Shown here: in pieces, positions 53,282 to 63,072 of the stretch
Numbering within the stretch: position 1 is the first letter of the stretch
Layout of the letters: each line of letters opens with the position of its first letter
Source: an uncultured Gemmatimonadales bacterium
Lineage (GTDB): Bacteria > Gemmatimonadota > Gemmatimonadetes > Gemmatimonadales > GWC2-71-9
Assembly (NCBI GenBank): GCA_963739455.1
Contig: CAVUAK010000001.1
Span: 1,632,001 to 1,696,000 of the forward strand
Length of the DNA stretch: 64,000 bases
Direction of reading: 5' to 3'
Made by a program: the position numbers and the translations under genes
The notes under the pieces: model-generated
The model's database searches: none
Told to the model about the DNA's origin: nothing
What the model saw: only the letters and a program-made list of their open reading frames with translations

Positions 53282-55000
53282 ATGGGACGAGTGGTGCGTG
53301 CTTGCATAATCCTGGCCGGGCTGGTCGGCCTGCCGGCATTGGCCGGAGCCCAGACCGACTACAGGAACCTCGACGACGGGCGCCCGGTTCGCACCGAGGA
53401 CGCGTTCGTTGCTGATCACCATGCCTTCGAGTTGCTCGCGCCGATCATCTTCGATGCCGACGTATCCGGCGCCAACCGCTACACCGCCCAGCCTGAACTC
53501 GAATATGGGGTGATCCCCAACGGCCAGCTGAGCGTCAGGCTGCCCTTCGGGGTGGTCGATAGCGCCGGGAGCGACTGGGGCATGGGAGGCGCGCAGCTGT
53601 CGGCCATGTACAACTTCAACGCGGAGGGCCCGGTACTTCCCGCGTTCTCGGCGCGCGTCGACCTGGCACTTCCGGTGGGCGCGCTCGCCGGCGACGTCGC
53701 CCTCACGACGGTGAAGGCGGTGGCGACCCGGACCTTCGGGCTGACGCGCCTGCACTTGAATGGTGCCTGGACCTTTGGTACCTCCGCAGTGGCTGGGCCC
53801 CGCCTCGAGGCATCTCCCCGCTGGTTCGCCGGCGCGGCCATGGACTACACCTTTTTCCGGAAGAGCATCCTGCTGGTCGGCGAGGTGACTGCCTCCCAGC
53901 AGTACGAGGCGGCACCCACCGCCGTGGCGGCAGCGGTCGGTGCCCGCTGGCAGTGGACGCCCACCCTGGTGCTCGACGCCGGCATCGCGCGGCGCCTGAC
54001 GAGCAACGCCGGCCCCGACCTCCGGCTGACCGTGGGCCTCACCCACGTCTTCGGTATTCGTGGCCTCATGCCTGGGGCTGAGGCGGGAGACATCAGCCCC
54101 AGCCCGGTGTACGTCAGGGTCCGGGCCGAGCAGTTCTACGTTCCGGGCAGCTTCAACTGGCAGTTCCTGGCCCGGTACCCTGCGGCTGCCCGGCTCTTCA
54201 ATGCCTTCGACTATGGGCACGCAACACTGTACGAGCACCTCCTTACATCGCCCCCGGGGGAGCGATCGGCCGCGCTCGAGCGCGAGTACCAGTTCCTCAC
54301 CACAGACCTGCTCCGCCGGCCGCCACATTTCGGCGTGGCTGAAGTGGCAATCGAGCCCCAGTACGCGCGGATCGCGAGGCAGGCCAGGCTCATGTTTGAC
54401 TGGGCCCATGTGCTGCACCGGCAGGTCTACGACGTCTATGCCGATTCGTCACTGTCAGTGACGCAGAAGGATTCCCTGATCGAAACCCTGACCGATTACT
54501 ATCTGAGTCGGCGGGGCTATGCCTTCTCCCCGGTGCCGAAATCGATGGCACTGATGGACGGGCAATGGTTCAGCCAGCGCTTCAGGACGGCCGAGATTCG
54601 GTTCAACGGATTGATTTGGGCCTACCACTGGCTGCAGGTGAGCCTGTACGAGCCGTTCGTGGCCAGCGACATCCCCGCGGTGCAACGGGCCGGGGTGGAT
54701 TCGACGGTGGGGCGGTTCTGGGCAATGTTGGAGGCCGGTGGCGAGGCCCCGACGATCATGCCAATGACGGCCTCAGTGGCTCCCGGGTTCTCGCGGCAGC
54801 ATCCGCGTGCGGCGGTGATCTTCGACAACTTGCACATGATGCACGACATCATCTCCGACATCCTCATTGTGGACACCTTGTCACGGCGGGAGAAGGGTCG
54901 GCTCATCCGGGAGCAACTCGCGGAGTTCCGCGACTCGTCCCGCAACGTCATGACGATGGACGAGTGGCGGTCCATGGGCGGGATGACGCACCAGCACTGA
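53282..55000 (+). CDS. Exported protein: outer-membrane beta-barrel-like N-terminal domain fused to a His/Met-rich helical C-terminal domain
   Basis: Signal peptide ending ALAGAQ; DYRNLDDGRPVRTEDA followed by amphipathic strands ending VGLTHVF; then FDYGH, WAHVLH, WAYHWLQ, DNLHMMHD and MGGMTHQH. Confidence 0.75.
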   Translation: MGRVVRACIILAGLVGLPALAGAQTDYRNLDDGRPVRTEDAFVADHHAFELLAPIIFDADVSGANRYTAQPELEYGVIPNGQLSVRLPFGVVDSAGSDWGMGGAQLSAMYNFNAEGPVLPAFSARVDLALPVGALAGDVALTTVKAVATRTFGLTRLHLNGAWTFGTSAVAGPRLEASPRWFAGAAMDYTFFRKSILLVGEVTASQQYEAAPTAVAAAVGARWQWTPTLVLDAGIARRLTSNAGPDLRLTVGLTHVFGIRGLMPGAEAGDISPSPVYVRVRAEQFYVPGSFNWQFLARYPAAARLFNAFDYGHATLYEHLLTSPPGERSAALEREYQFLTTDLLRRPPHFGVAEVAIEPQYARIARQARLMFDWAHVLHRQVYDVYADSSLSVTQKDSLIETLTDYYLSRRGYAFSPVPKSMALMDGQWFSQRFRTAEIRFNGLIWAYHWLQVSLYEPFVASDIPAVQRAGVDSTVGRFWAMLEAGGEAPTIMPMTASVAPGFSRQHPRAAVIFDNLHMMHDIISDILIVDTLSRREKGRLIREQLAEFRDSSRNVMTMDEWRSMGGMTHQH

Positions 55001-55059
55001 GCAGGCACCTGGTTCACTGTTCTACCGATTCAATCGCTGACCCACAGGAGCACGTTTAC

Positions 55060-55791
55060 ATGAACCGTCGTCTGGCTCGTCTCGCCGTTGCGATGTTACT
55101 GTGGGCAGTGCCGGTTCGCGCCATCGCACAGAACGTCCCCGCCGAGGGATGGAAGTTCACCATTACGCCCTACTTTCTGTTCCCGAACATGAGCGGAACT
55201 GTCACCGTGGGGCCGGTCGTGTCGGATATCGACGCCAGTCCCGGCGACATCTTCAGCAACCTGCAGTTCGGGTTCATGCTATCGGCTGAGGCGCGGAGCC
55301 CTGAATGGGCCATCGGGTTTAACTCAGTGTACATGGACCTGAGCAAGGACGGTCAAAAACTCGCGACCCAGTTCGATGGCTATCAGGGGAGTTTTGAGCT
55401 CACGGGGTTTCGCCGTCTCATGCCCTGGTTCGAGATCCTGGCTGGCGGCCGCCTCAACATCATGGGGGCGAGTGCCAAGCTGCAGCCAGTGGGCACCGTG
55501 TTTAACAAGGACATAGCCTTCTTCGACCCGTTTCTCGGCGCCCGGTTCACCGTCCCGAACACCGGCAAGTGGGACATCATGTTGCGGGGCGATGTCGGCG
55601 GATTCGGGGTGGGCTCGCAGTTCACCTGGCAGCTGCGACCGACGGTGTCATATCGCCTGTCAAAGCTCGTCTCCGTTGGCGCCGCATATTGGATCTTCAG
55701 CGTGGACTACGACCAGGGCACCGGCATCGACTACTTCAAGTGGGACGTGACGACATTCGGGCCGGAAATCGGCATCTCGTTCACGTTCTGA
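55060..55791 (+). CDS. Outer-membrane beta-barrel protein of unknown function
   Basis: AGGAG SD, signal peptide, WKFTITPY, DPFLGAR and RGDVGGFGVGS motifs, and a C-terminal GISFTF (BAM-type terminal Phe). Confidence 0.8.
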   Translation: MNRRLARLAVAMLLWAVPVRAIAQNVPAEGWKFTITPYFLFPNMSGTVTVGPVVSDIDASPGDIFSNLQFGFMLSAEARSPEWAIGFNSVYMDLSKDGQKLATQFDGYQGSFELTGFRRLMPWFEILAGGRLNIMGASAKLQPVGTVFNKDIAFFDPFLGARFTVPNTGKWDIMLRGDVGGFGVGSQFTWQLRPTVSYRLSKLVSVGAAYWIFSVDYDQGTGIDYFKWDVTTFGPEIGISFTF

Positions 55792-55835
55792 GACTCCAGC
55801 ACCTGACGCAGCATCCCTGAGCAAAGGAACCCAAA

Positions 55836-56544
55836 ATGACTCCCCACACGGTGCGCCTGGCGCGGCACCTGCCGCTGGCCGGACTCTCCCTGCTCCTGCT
55901 CGCCGCCGTTGCCCCGGTCGCCACGGCGCAGGCCCCGAATCCCGGCCAGATGGCCGATGCCTATGCGACAGGCGCCAAGGCGAACGCCCAGTTGATGCAG
56001 AAGTACACCTGGAAGATGCGCGTGCAGCTCACCTATAAGGGCGAGCAGAAGCCGGCCTCGCTCTACCAGATGAACTATGTGGGCGGCCAGCTGCAAAAGA
56101 CGCTCATCAGCGCGCCGCCGGAGGAATCAGGCAGGAAGCACGGCATCAAGCACCGCGTCACGGAAGACAAGATGGCGGAGATCAAGGGTCAGATTGACTC
56201 ACTGGTCGACCTGACCAAGAAGTACATGGCGCCCACACCAGGCCAGATGTTCGACTTCTACTCCAAGGCGACCATCGGGCCGGCCCCGTCCGGCGGGGTT
56301 CAGGCGTCGGGAACCAACTTCGTCCAGCCGGGCGACCAGGTGACCTACTTCATCGATCCTGCCACCAAGAGTCCCACGAGCTTCAACTTCTCGTCGGCGC
56401 TGCAGGGCAAGCCCGTCACCGGCACGGCGACGTACGCCCAGGTGCCCGGCGGCCCCAAGTACGCATCGCAGCTGACGATCAACGACCCGACCGACAACCT
56501 GTCGGTGGCGGTGACCAATTTCGAGTACGTGCTTGAACCAGTAA
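55836..56544 (+). CDS. Exported hypothetical protein A1 (about 235 aa; 1-nt insertion near 56533 hides the stop)
   Basis: Signal peptide ending ATAQ; its paralog ends V-L-N-Q-stop and the same ...gaaccagtaa sequence is present here. Confidence 0.75.
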
Positions 56545-56571
56545 CCATCATTTGCGGCGATGGAGGATGGG

Positions 56572-57251
56572 ATGAGACAGGTGCTGATGTCGGTGGCCGT
56601 GCCTGGCGGCGGCAACGGGGTCGGTGGCGCACGCCCAGACCCCGAACCCGGGACTCGCGGCTGACGCCTACGCCACTCATGCGAGGGCGAACGCCCAGCT
56701 GATGCAGAAGTACACCTGGAAGATGCGCGTCCAGCTCACCTACAAGGGCGAGGACAAGCCGGCGCAGCTCTACCAGTTGAACTACGTCAACGGGCAGCTG
56801 CAGAAGACGCTGCTCAGTGCCCCGCCAGCCGAGACCGGGCGGAAGCACGGCATCAAGCACCGCATCAAGGAACAGAAGATCGACGAGTTCAAGGCGTGGG
56901 CCGCGCAGCTCACCGACCTGGTCAAGCGCTACATGTCGCCATCTCCCGGCACCATGATGGACTTCTACTCCAGCGCCACCTTCAGCCCGATGCCCAGCGG
57001 CAACGTGCGCGCGACCGACACCGGCTTCATCCAGCCCGGCGACACCGCGACGTACTGGATCAATCCAGCCACGAAGCAGCCCGTCGACGTACGCCTTCGC
57101 GACGTCGCTGCAGGGCGACGCGGTCAATGCCACCGTGACGTTCGGCCAGGTGCCGGGCGGGCCGCAGTACGCATCGCAGGTGAACATCTCCGTGCCGGCG
57201 AAGGAAGTGTCGGCCACGATCACGAATTTCAACTTTGTCCTGAACCAGTAA
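56572..57251 (+). CDS. Exported hypothetical protein A2, paralog of A1 (frameshifts near 56600 and 57085)
   Basis: GGAGG SD; shares ANAQLMQKYTWKMRVQLTYKGE and GRKHGIKHR with A1. Confidence 0.75.
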
Positions 57252-57266
57252 CCCAGGGTCAATCAC

Positions 57267-59555
57267 GTGATGCGGTACTGGAGATCAGCTCTTGTGGGCG
57301 CAGCAGCGGCGCTGTCACTGGTCGTCGCTCCGCCCGCGAACGCGCAGGAAGTGACACAACTGAGCTGGCCCCGCACGCGCATTGCCCCCAACGGCATGCA
57401 AGTCACGCTCTTCCAGCCCCAGGTGGACTCGTGGAGCTACTACGTCGTCCTCGACTACCACATGGCAGTCGAGCTCCAGCTGCCCGGCGCCTCCTCCTCG
57501 GTGCCCGGGGCGCTGTTCATGACCGGCGAGACGAGTACCGATCTCGAGTCGCAGACCGTGGCGCTCTACAACCAGAAGATCGTCAGGGTGAACTTCCCCG
57601 GCCTGGATGCCGCCACGGCGCAGCAGTATCAGGACGCGCTGCAGTCGCTCGTTCCTGTTGGCACGATGCACCTCTCGCTGCCGCAGCTGCAGAGTTACGC
57701 CGCGGCCGCAAGCGCCTCGGCGGCAACCGCAGGCTCTCCGCCCGCTGCCGCAGGGCCCAATCCGCGCCCTACGGGCTTGCCGCCATCCCTCGCGCAGCCG
57801 GCGCCGCCGATCTACTACAGCCAGTCTCCGGCGATCCTCGTCATCTTTTCGGGCGCGCCCGCGTTTGCTCCCGTGACGCAGGGCTCCAAGCTCTTCTTCT
57901 CCGTGAACACGAACTGGGCGGTGTTCCAGGACAAGACCACGGGCACGTACTATCTGCAGGACCAGGCCAGCTGGCTTCAGGCGCAGAACGTGAACGGCCC
58001 CTGGCAGCCGGCGGCGCAGTTGCCGTCCAGCCTGAAGAACCTGCCGCAAAACGCCGAGTGGAGTGACGTCAACAAGAACATCCCCGGCATGTCCTGGTCG
58101 CCGTCGCAGGTGCCCCAGGTGTTCGTGAGCCAGAAGCCCGCGGAGCTGATCCTGGTGCAGGGGGGGCCGCAGCTCGAGGCGATTCCAGGCACCTCGCTGT
58201 CGTGGGTCACCAACTCCGACAGCGACATTTTTTACTACACGCCGACGGCCCAGTGGTATTTCCTCGTGTCGGGACGCTGGTTCAGCTCACCGACCCTTGG
58301 TACGGGGCCGTGGACCTTTGCGACGACGAGCCTGCCGGCTGACTTCGCGAACATCCCCTCGGATAGCCCGCGTGCAGCGGTGCTCTCATCCGTGCCTGGC
58401 ACCCCCGAGGCCAACGAGGCGGTGGCCCAGGCCCAGATGCCGCACAAGGCCGACGTGAACATTGCGACCACCACCGTAAGCGTTGTCTACGGTGGACCGC
58501 CCCAGTTCACGCCCATCAGCGGCACCACCATGCAGTACGCCACCAACACGTCGTACCAGGTCATCCAGGCCAACGGTAGCTACTACGTCTGCAGCAATGG
58601 GGTCTGGTTCGTGTCGCAGTCCCCGAATGGCCCGTTCGCCGTGGCTACCGTGGTGCCGCAGGTCATCTATACCATTCCGCCGTCGTCGCCGATGTACAAC
58701 GTCACTTATGTGCAGGTCTACGACGTCACACCAACGACGGTCACCGTGGGCTACACCTCGGGCTACAATGGCGCCTACGTCGCCGCGGGCGTGGTGATGC
58801 TCGGCGTCGGCATGGCGATGGCCTACAGCTATCACCCGTACTATCCGCCCGGTTTCGGCTATCCGGTCTACTACCATCCGCCGTATCCCTACACCGGCTA
58901 CGGGTATCACGCCGCGTACAACCCCTATACCGGCGCGTATGCGCACGGATACTCGGCGTACGGCCCGTATGGCGGGGCCAGCGCGGGCGCCGGATACAAC
59001 CCGAGCACCGGCACATACGCGCGCGGGGCGTCGGCGACGGGCCCGTATGGGTCGGCGGCCGCCGCGCAGGCCTACAACCCGCGCACTGGTGCGAGCGCCG
59101 AGACCTACCAGCATTCGAACGCCTATGGGTCGTATGGCTCGTCCGTCGTGTCGAAGAACGGCGAGACGGCGTGGACCAGTCACTCATCCAACGCCTACGG
59201 AACATCGGGAACCGCGCAGACGTCTGATGGCGGCAAGGCAGCGGGCGTGTCGACCGCAAATGGCACCACGGCGGCGGGCAAGACGGCGGACGGCGACCAG
59301 TACGCGACGCACGATGGCAACGTCTACAAGAACACCGGGAGTGGCTGGCAGCAGGGAAGCAGCAGCGGCTGGAGCGACGCGCAGAAGCCGTCGGAGACCG
59401 CGAACGACCAGGCTGCGCGCAGTTCGGCCGCCACGAAATCGTCGGCGACCAGCTCGTGGCAGGGCGGGGGCGGCAGCCGCTACAGCGGCGGCAGCAGTGG
59501 TGGGTACAGTGGCGGCTACAGCAGGGGTGGCGGTGGTGGCGGCGGCCGGCGCTGA
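57267..59555 (+). CDS. Large exported hypothetical protein B1 with a Tyr/Gly-rich repetitive C-terminal part
   Basis: Signal peptide ending ANAQ; WPR..QPQVDSW and WYFLVSGRWF motifs; YNPxTG repeats; Gly/Ser tail. Confidence 0.85.
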   Translation: MMRYWRSALVGAAAALSLVVAPPANAQEVTQLSWPRTRIAPNGMQVTLFQPQVDSWSYYVVLDYHMAVELQLPGASSSVPGALFMTGETSTDLESQTVALYNQKIVRVNFPGLDAATAQQYQDALQSLVPVGTMHLSLPQLQSYAAAASASAATAGSPPAAAGPNPRPTGLPPSLAQPAPPIYYSQSPAILVIFSGAPAFAPVTQGSKLFFSVNTNWAVFQDKTTGTYYLQDQASWLQAQNVNGPWQPAAQLPSSLKNLPQNAEWSDVNKNIPGMSWSPSQVPQVFVSQKPAELILVQGGPQLEAIPGTSLSWVTNSDSDIFYYTPTAQWYFLVSGRWFSSPTLGTGPWTFATTSLPADFANIPSDSPRAAVLSSVPGTPEANEAVAQAQMPHKADVNIATTTVSVVYGGPPQFTPISGTTMQYATNTSYQVIQANGSYYVCSNGVWFVSQSPNGPFAVATVVPQVIYTIPPSSPMYNVTYVQVYDVTPTTVTVGYTSGYNGAYVAAGVVMLGVGMAMAYSYHPYYPPGFGYPVYYHPPYPYTGYGYHAAYNPYTGAYAHGYSAYGPYGGASAGAGYNPSTGTYARGASATGPYGSAAAAQAYNPRTGASAETYQHSNAYGSYGSSVVSKNGETAWTSHSSNAYGTSGTAQTSDGGKAAGVSTANGTTAAGKTADGDQYATHDGNVYKNTGSGWQQGSSSGWSDAQKPSETANDQAARSSAATKSSATSSWQGGGGSRYSGGSSGGYSGGYSRGGGGGGGRR

Positions 59556-59561
59556 CAAATC

Positions 59562-61820
59562 ATGAAGTCATTGATGAGGGTCGCGGCATCGTTCGTCCTG
59601 GCGCTCTCGCTGGGTGTGTCGGTCGCGCGCGCGCAGTCCACCAACGAACTGGCGTGGCCGCGAACGCTGACTGCACCCGACGGCATGCTGGTGACGTTCT
59701 ACCAGCCCCAGGTTGACTCCTGGGAATACTACGCCGTCCTCGACTACCACATGGCCATCGAGGTGCAGTTTCCCGGTGCCTCGTCAACTGTTCCCGGCAC
59801 GCTCCGGATGACTGGCCAGACAAGTACCGACGTCACCCGCCAGACGGTGGCACTGTACGACCAGACCATCGTCAGCACCACCTTTCCCGGCACCGACCCC
59901 GGGACAGCGCAGCGATACCAGCACGTCGTGCAGTCGGTCATCCCCACCGGGACGATGAACCTGACGTTGCCGCAGGTGCAGGCCTACATGGCCAGCACCA
60001 CGCCAGCGGGCGTCACCTCTGGTCCACCGCCGGTCGCAGCCGGGCCCAACCCCAAGCTGTCACCCGGCCTGCCGCCCACTCTGCCCCAGCCCGCGCCCCC
60101 GATCTACTACAGTGAGTCGCCGGCCATCCTCGTCATCTTCGAGGGCAAGCCTGGGTTTGCGCCGGTGGTCTCGGGGTCGAAGCTCTTCTTCTCCGTCAAC
60201 ACCAACTGGGCGGTTTTTCAGGACAGGACCAGCGGCACCTACTACCTCCAGGACCAGGCGAGCTGGCTCCAGGCGCAGGACGTGAACGGTGCGTGGCAAC
60301 CGGCGGGGCAACTGCCGGCGAGCCTGTCGAAGCTGCCGGCCAACGGCGAGTGGGACGACGTCACCAAGAACATCCCCGGCATGTCATGGGGCCCCGGGAC
60401 GGTGCCGCAGGTCTTTGTGAGCCAGAAGCCGGCAGAACTCATCCTGCTCGATGGGCCGGCGGAACTTCAGCCGGTTCCCGGCACATCACTCTCGTGGGTT
60501 ACCAACACCGAGAGTGACCTCTTCTTCTATACGCCGACGTCCACCTGGTACTACCTCGTCTCGGGTCGGTGGTTCGCTGCGAGCGGCATGAATGGTCCCT
60601 GGACCTTTGCCACCAACAACCTGCCCGGCGACTTCAGGAATATCCCGGCAGACAGTCCGCGCGCCGCGGTCCTGTCATCCGTGCCTGGGACACCGCAAGC
60701 CAGCCAGGCGGTGGCCATGGCCCAGATGCCGCACAAGGCCGACGTCGACATCGCGACCACCAACGTGAACGTGCAATACGGCGGGCCACCGCAGTTCGCC
60801 CCCATCCAGGGCACGCCAATGCAGTACGCCACCAACACGTCATTCCAGGTGATCCAGGCCAACGGCAGCTACTACGCCTGCAACCAGGCGGTCTGGTTCA
60901 ATTCGCAGTCGCCCAATGGGCCGTGGGTCGTGGCCACTGCGGTGCCACAGGTCATCTACACCATTCCGCCGACGTCACCGATGTACAACGTGACCTACGT
61001 GCAGATCTACGATGCGACGCCCACGACAGTCGTTACCGGATACACCGCCGGTTACAATGGCGCCTTCGTTGCCGCTGGCGTCGTCATGCTCGGCGTCGGG
61101 ATCGCCTGGGCCGCCACCAATCCGTACTATCCGCCGGGATTTGGCTATCCCGTCTACTACCATCCCCCGTATCCGTACGGCGCGTATGGCTATCACGCGG
61201 CGTACAACCCGTACACCGGCGCCTACGCACACGGCATGACGGCGTACGGTCCGTATGGTGGCCGCAGTGCCGGCGCAGCGTACAACCCGTCCACCGGCAC
61301 ATACGCTCGCGGTGCCTCCGTGAGTGGACCGTATGGCTCTGCCGGCATGGCGCAGGCGTACAACCCGCGCACGGGGGCCAGTGCAGAGAGCTATCAGCGC
61401 TCGGATGCATACGGTTCCTACGGATCGTCCGTCGCATCGAAGAACGGGAATACCGCGTGGGGAGCCCACGCCAGTACTGCCAATGGCAATACCGCCATTG
61501 GTGGGGTGAACAACAACATGTACGCCTCGCACGACGGCAACGCATACAAGAACACCGGCAGCGGCTGGCAGCAGGCGGGCAGTGGCGGCTGGAGCAACGC
61601 GTCGAAGCCGAGTGAGTTCGGCAATGACGAGGCCGCCCGCTCCGCCTCGTCACTGGGCGATTCGAACCTCGACTCCTGGCGCAGCGGCGGGGGTGGCGGC
61701 TTCGGTGGTGGAAGCGCTGGTGGGGGCTGGGGCCGGAGCGACGGAGGTGGCTTCGGCGGTGGCGGCTTTGGGGGTGGTGGTGGTGGCTGGGGCCGGGGCG
61801 GTGGCGGGTTCCGCCGCTAG
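59562..61820 (+). CDS. Large exported hypothetical protein B2, paralog of B1
   Basis: Colinear with B1 with long identical blocks; Gly-rich tail ending GGGGFRR. Confidence 0.85.
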   Translation: MKSLMRVAASFVLALSLGVSVARAQSTNELAWPRTLTAPDGMLVTFYQPQVDSWEYYAVLDYHMAIEVQFPGASSTVPGTLRMTGQTSTDVTRQTVALYDQTIVSTTFPGTDPGTAQRYQHVVQSVIPTGTMNLTLPQVQAYMASTTPAGVTSGPPPVAAGPNPKLSPGLPPTLPQPAPPIYYSESPAILVIFEGKPGFAPVVSGSKLFFSVNTNWAVFQDRTSGTYYLQDQASWLQAQDVNGAWQPAGQLPASLSKLPANGEWDDVTKNIPGMSWGPGTVPQVFVSQKPAELILLDGPAELQPVPGTSLSWVTNTESDLFFYTPTSTWYYLVSGRWFAASGMNGPWTFATNNLPGDFRNIPADSPRAAVLSSVPGTPQASQAVAMAQMPHKADVDIATTNVNVQYGGPPQFAPIQGTPMQYATNTSFQVIQANGSYYACNQAVWFNSQSPNGPWVVATAVPQVIYTIPPTSPMYNVTYVQIYDATPTTVVTGYTAGYNGAFVAAGVVMLGVGIAWAATNPYYPPGFGYPVYYHPPYPYGAYGYHAAYNPYTGAYAHGMTAYGPYGGRSAGAAYNPSTGTYARGASVSGPYGSAGMAQAYNPRTGASAESYQRSDAYGSYGSSVASKNGNTAWGAHASTANGNTAIGGVNNNMYASHDGNAYKNTGSGWQQAGSGGWSNASKPSEFGNDEAARSASSLGDSNLDSWRSGGGGGFGGGSAGGGWGRSDGGGFGGGGFGGGGGGWGRGGGGFRR

Positions 61821-62954
61821 GCGGTCACCGCCCGGAGCGCCGTGCAGAACTGCTTCATTTCTTCTGGAGTGCCCACCGTTATGCGGGCATAGTTGGGCCA
61901 CACCGGCCAGCTTCGTCCGATCAGCACATTCTGCTCCCGCATGGCGGTCGCGAGTTCGGCTGCCGGGCGCTTCGCGTCGAGCATGAAGCAGTTGCTCACC
62001 GCCGGGTGGAACCCGTAGCCGTACTTGGTCAGGAAGGCGAAGGTCTCCTCGCGCGCCTGCTTCGTGTAGGCCCGCCGGGTTGGCACCAGCGTCGGGTCAT
62101 CGATGCTGACCCGCGCTGCCGCGACTCCCGTAATTGAGCTGATCGTTGAGCCGTACGACCGCAGCTGGTCGAGCACCGGCGGCTGGGCGATTGCCAGCCC
62201 CATCCGAAGCCCCGCCATGCCGTACAGCTTGGAGAAGGTCCGCAGCACCAGCAGGTCCCCGTGCGTATCGACCAGGTCCACCACCGACACCTCGTCACTG
62301 AAGTGGATGTAGGCCTCATCCACCAGCAGGATCGAGCCCGCCGGCTTGTTCGCCAGTGCCCAGATGATCTGCTCGCGTGGCGTGGTGGTGCCGGTAGGGT
62401 TGTTGGGATTGCAGATGTAGAGCAGCCCCGCGTTGGGGCTCGCGGCGCACATGGCGCCGGCATCGTGCGCGAGCGTGGACGTCAGCGGCACCGCGATGGC
62501 GGGAGCCCCCGAAATCTTCGCCGCCTGCCAGCCCGCCTCGAAACCAGGTTCGCCATACACATACGGGCGATTCGGGCCGGTGAAGGCCAGCACCGCGCGA
62601 TGCAGCGGGTCACTCGATCCGTTGAAGGTTTCGACGTATTCCGGCCGCAAGCCCCTCGAGTTCAGCGATACGCGTCCGCAACTCCCGGTCGGCCTGGAAG
62701 GCGTAGCGGCCATCCTCCGCCCCAAGCTGTTGCATCGCATCGAGAGCCGCCCGCGACGGGCCGAGCGGGTTCTCGTTGGAGTTGAGCCGGACAGCGCCGG
62801 CTGGAGGCCGGGTTCGCAGGGCCGCGTAGGCGAGCTCGCCCTCGCTCGACCCCCGGGGCAGGGCGAGCCCCGCCGCCGCCAGGGCCATCAGCCGGGAGAA
62901 GTCGCGTCGCGATACGCCAGCCGGCATCGGGGGCAATTCACTTGGATTTGGCAT
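61817..62954 (-). CDS. Class I/II PLP aminotransferase (HisC-like) with a Tat signal; frameshift near 62650
   Basis: SRRDFSRL plus a hydrophobic stretch; LNSNENPLGP, CNPNNPTG, DEAY and RTFSKLYGMAGLR motifs. Confidence 0.88.
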
Positions 62955-63072
62955 GACGCAGAATTGCCCGCGACACCCCGGCTGTCAAGCAGGGTATTGG
63001 TACCTGTGCTGGCGTCGTGGCCACTTTGGCGGCACATTCGCGCTGTCACTCTCTCTCAACTCGGCGGGACCA

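Noticed and set aside
56624..58066. 480-aa ORF joining A2 to downstream sequence
   Set aside because: A frameshift artefact: similarity to A1 continues in another frame and ends at 57251.
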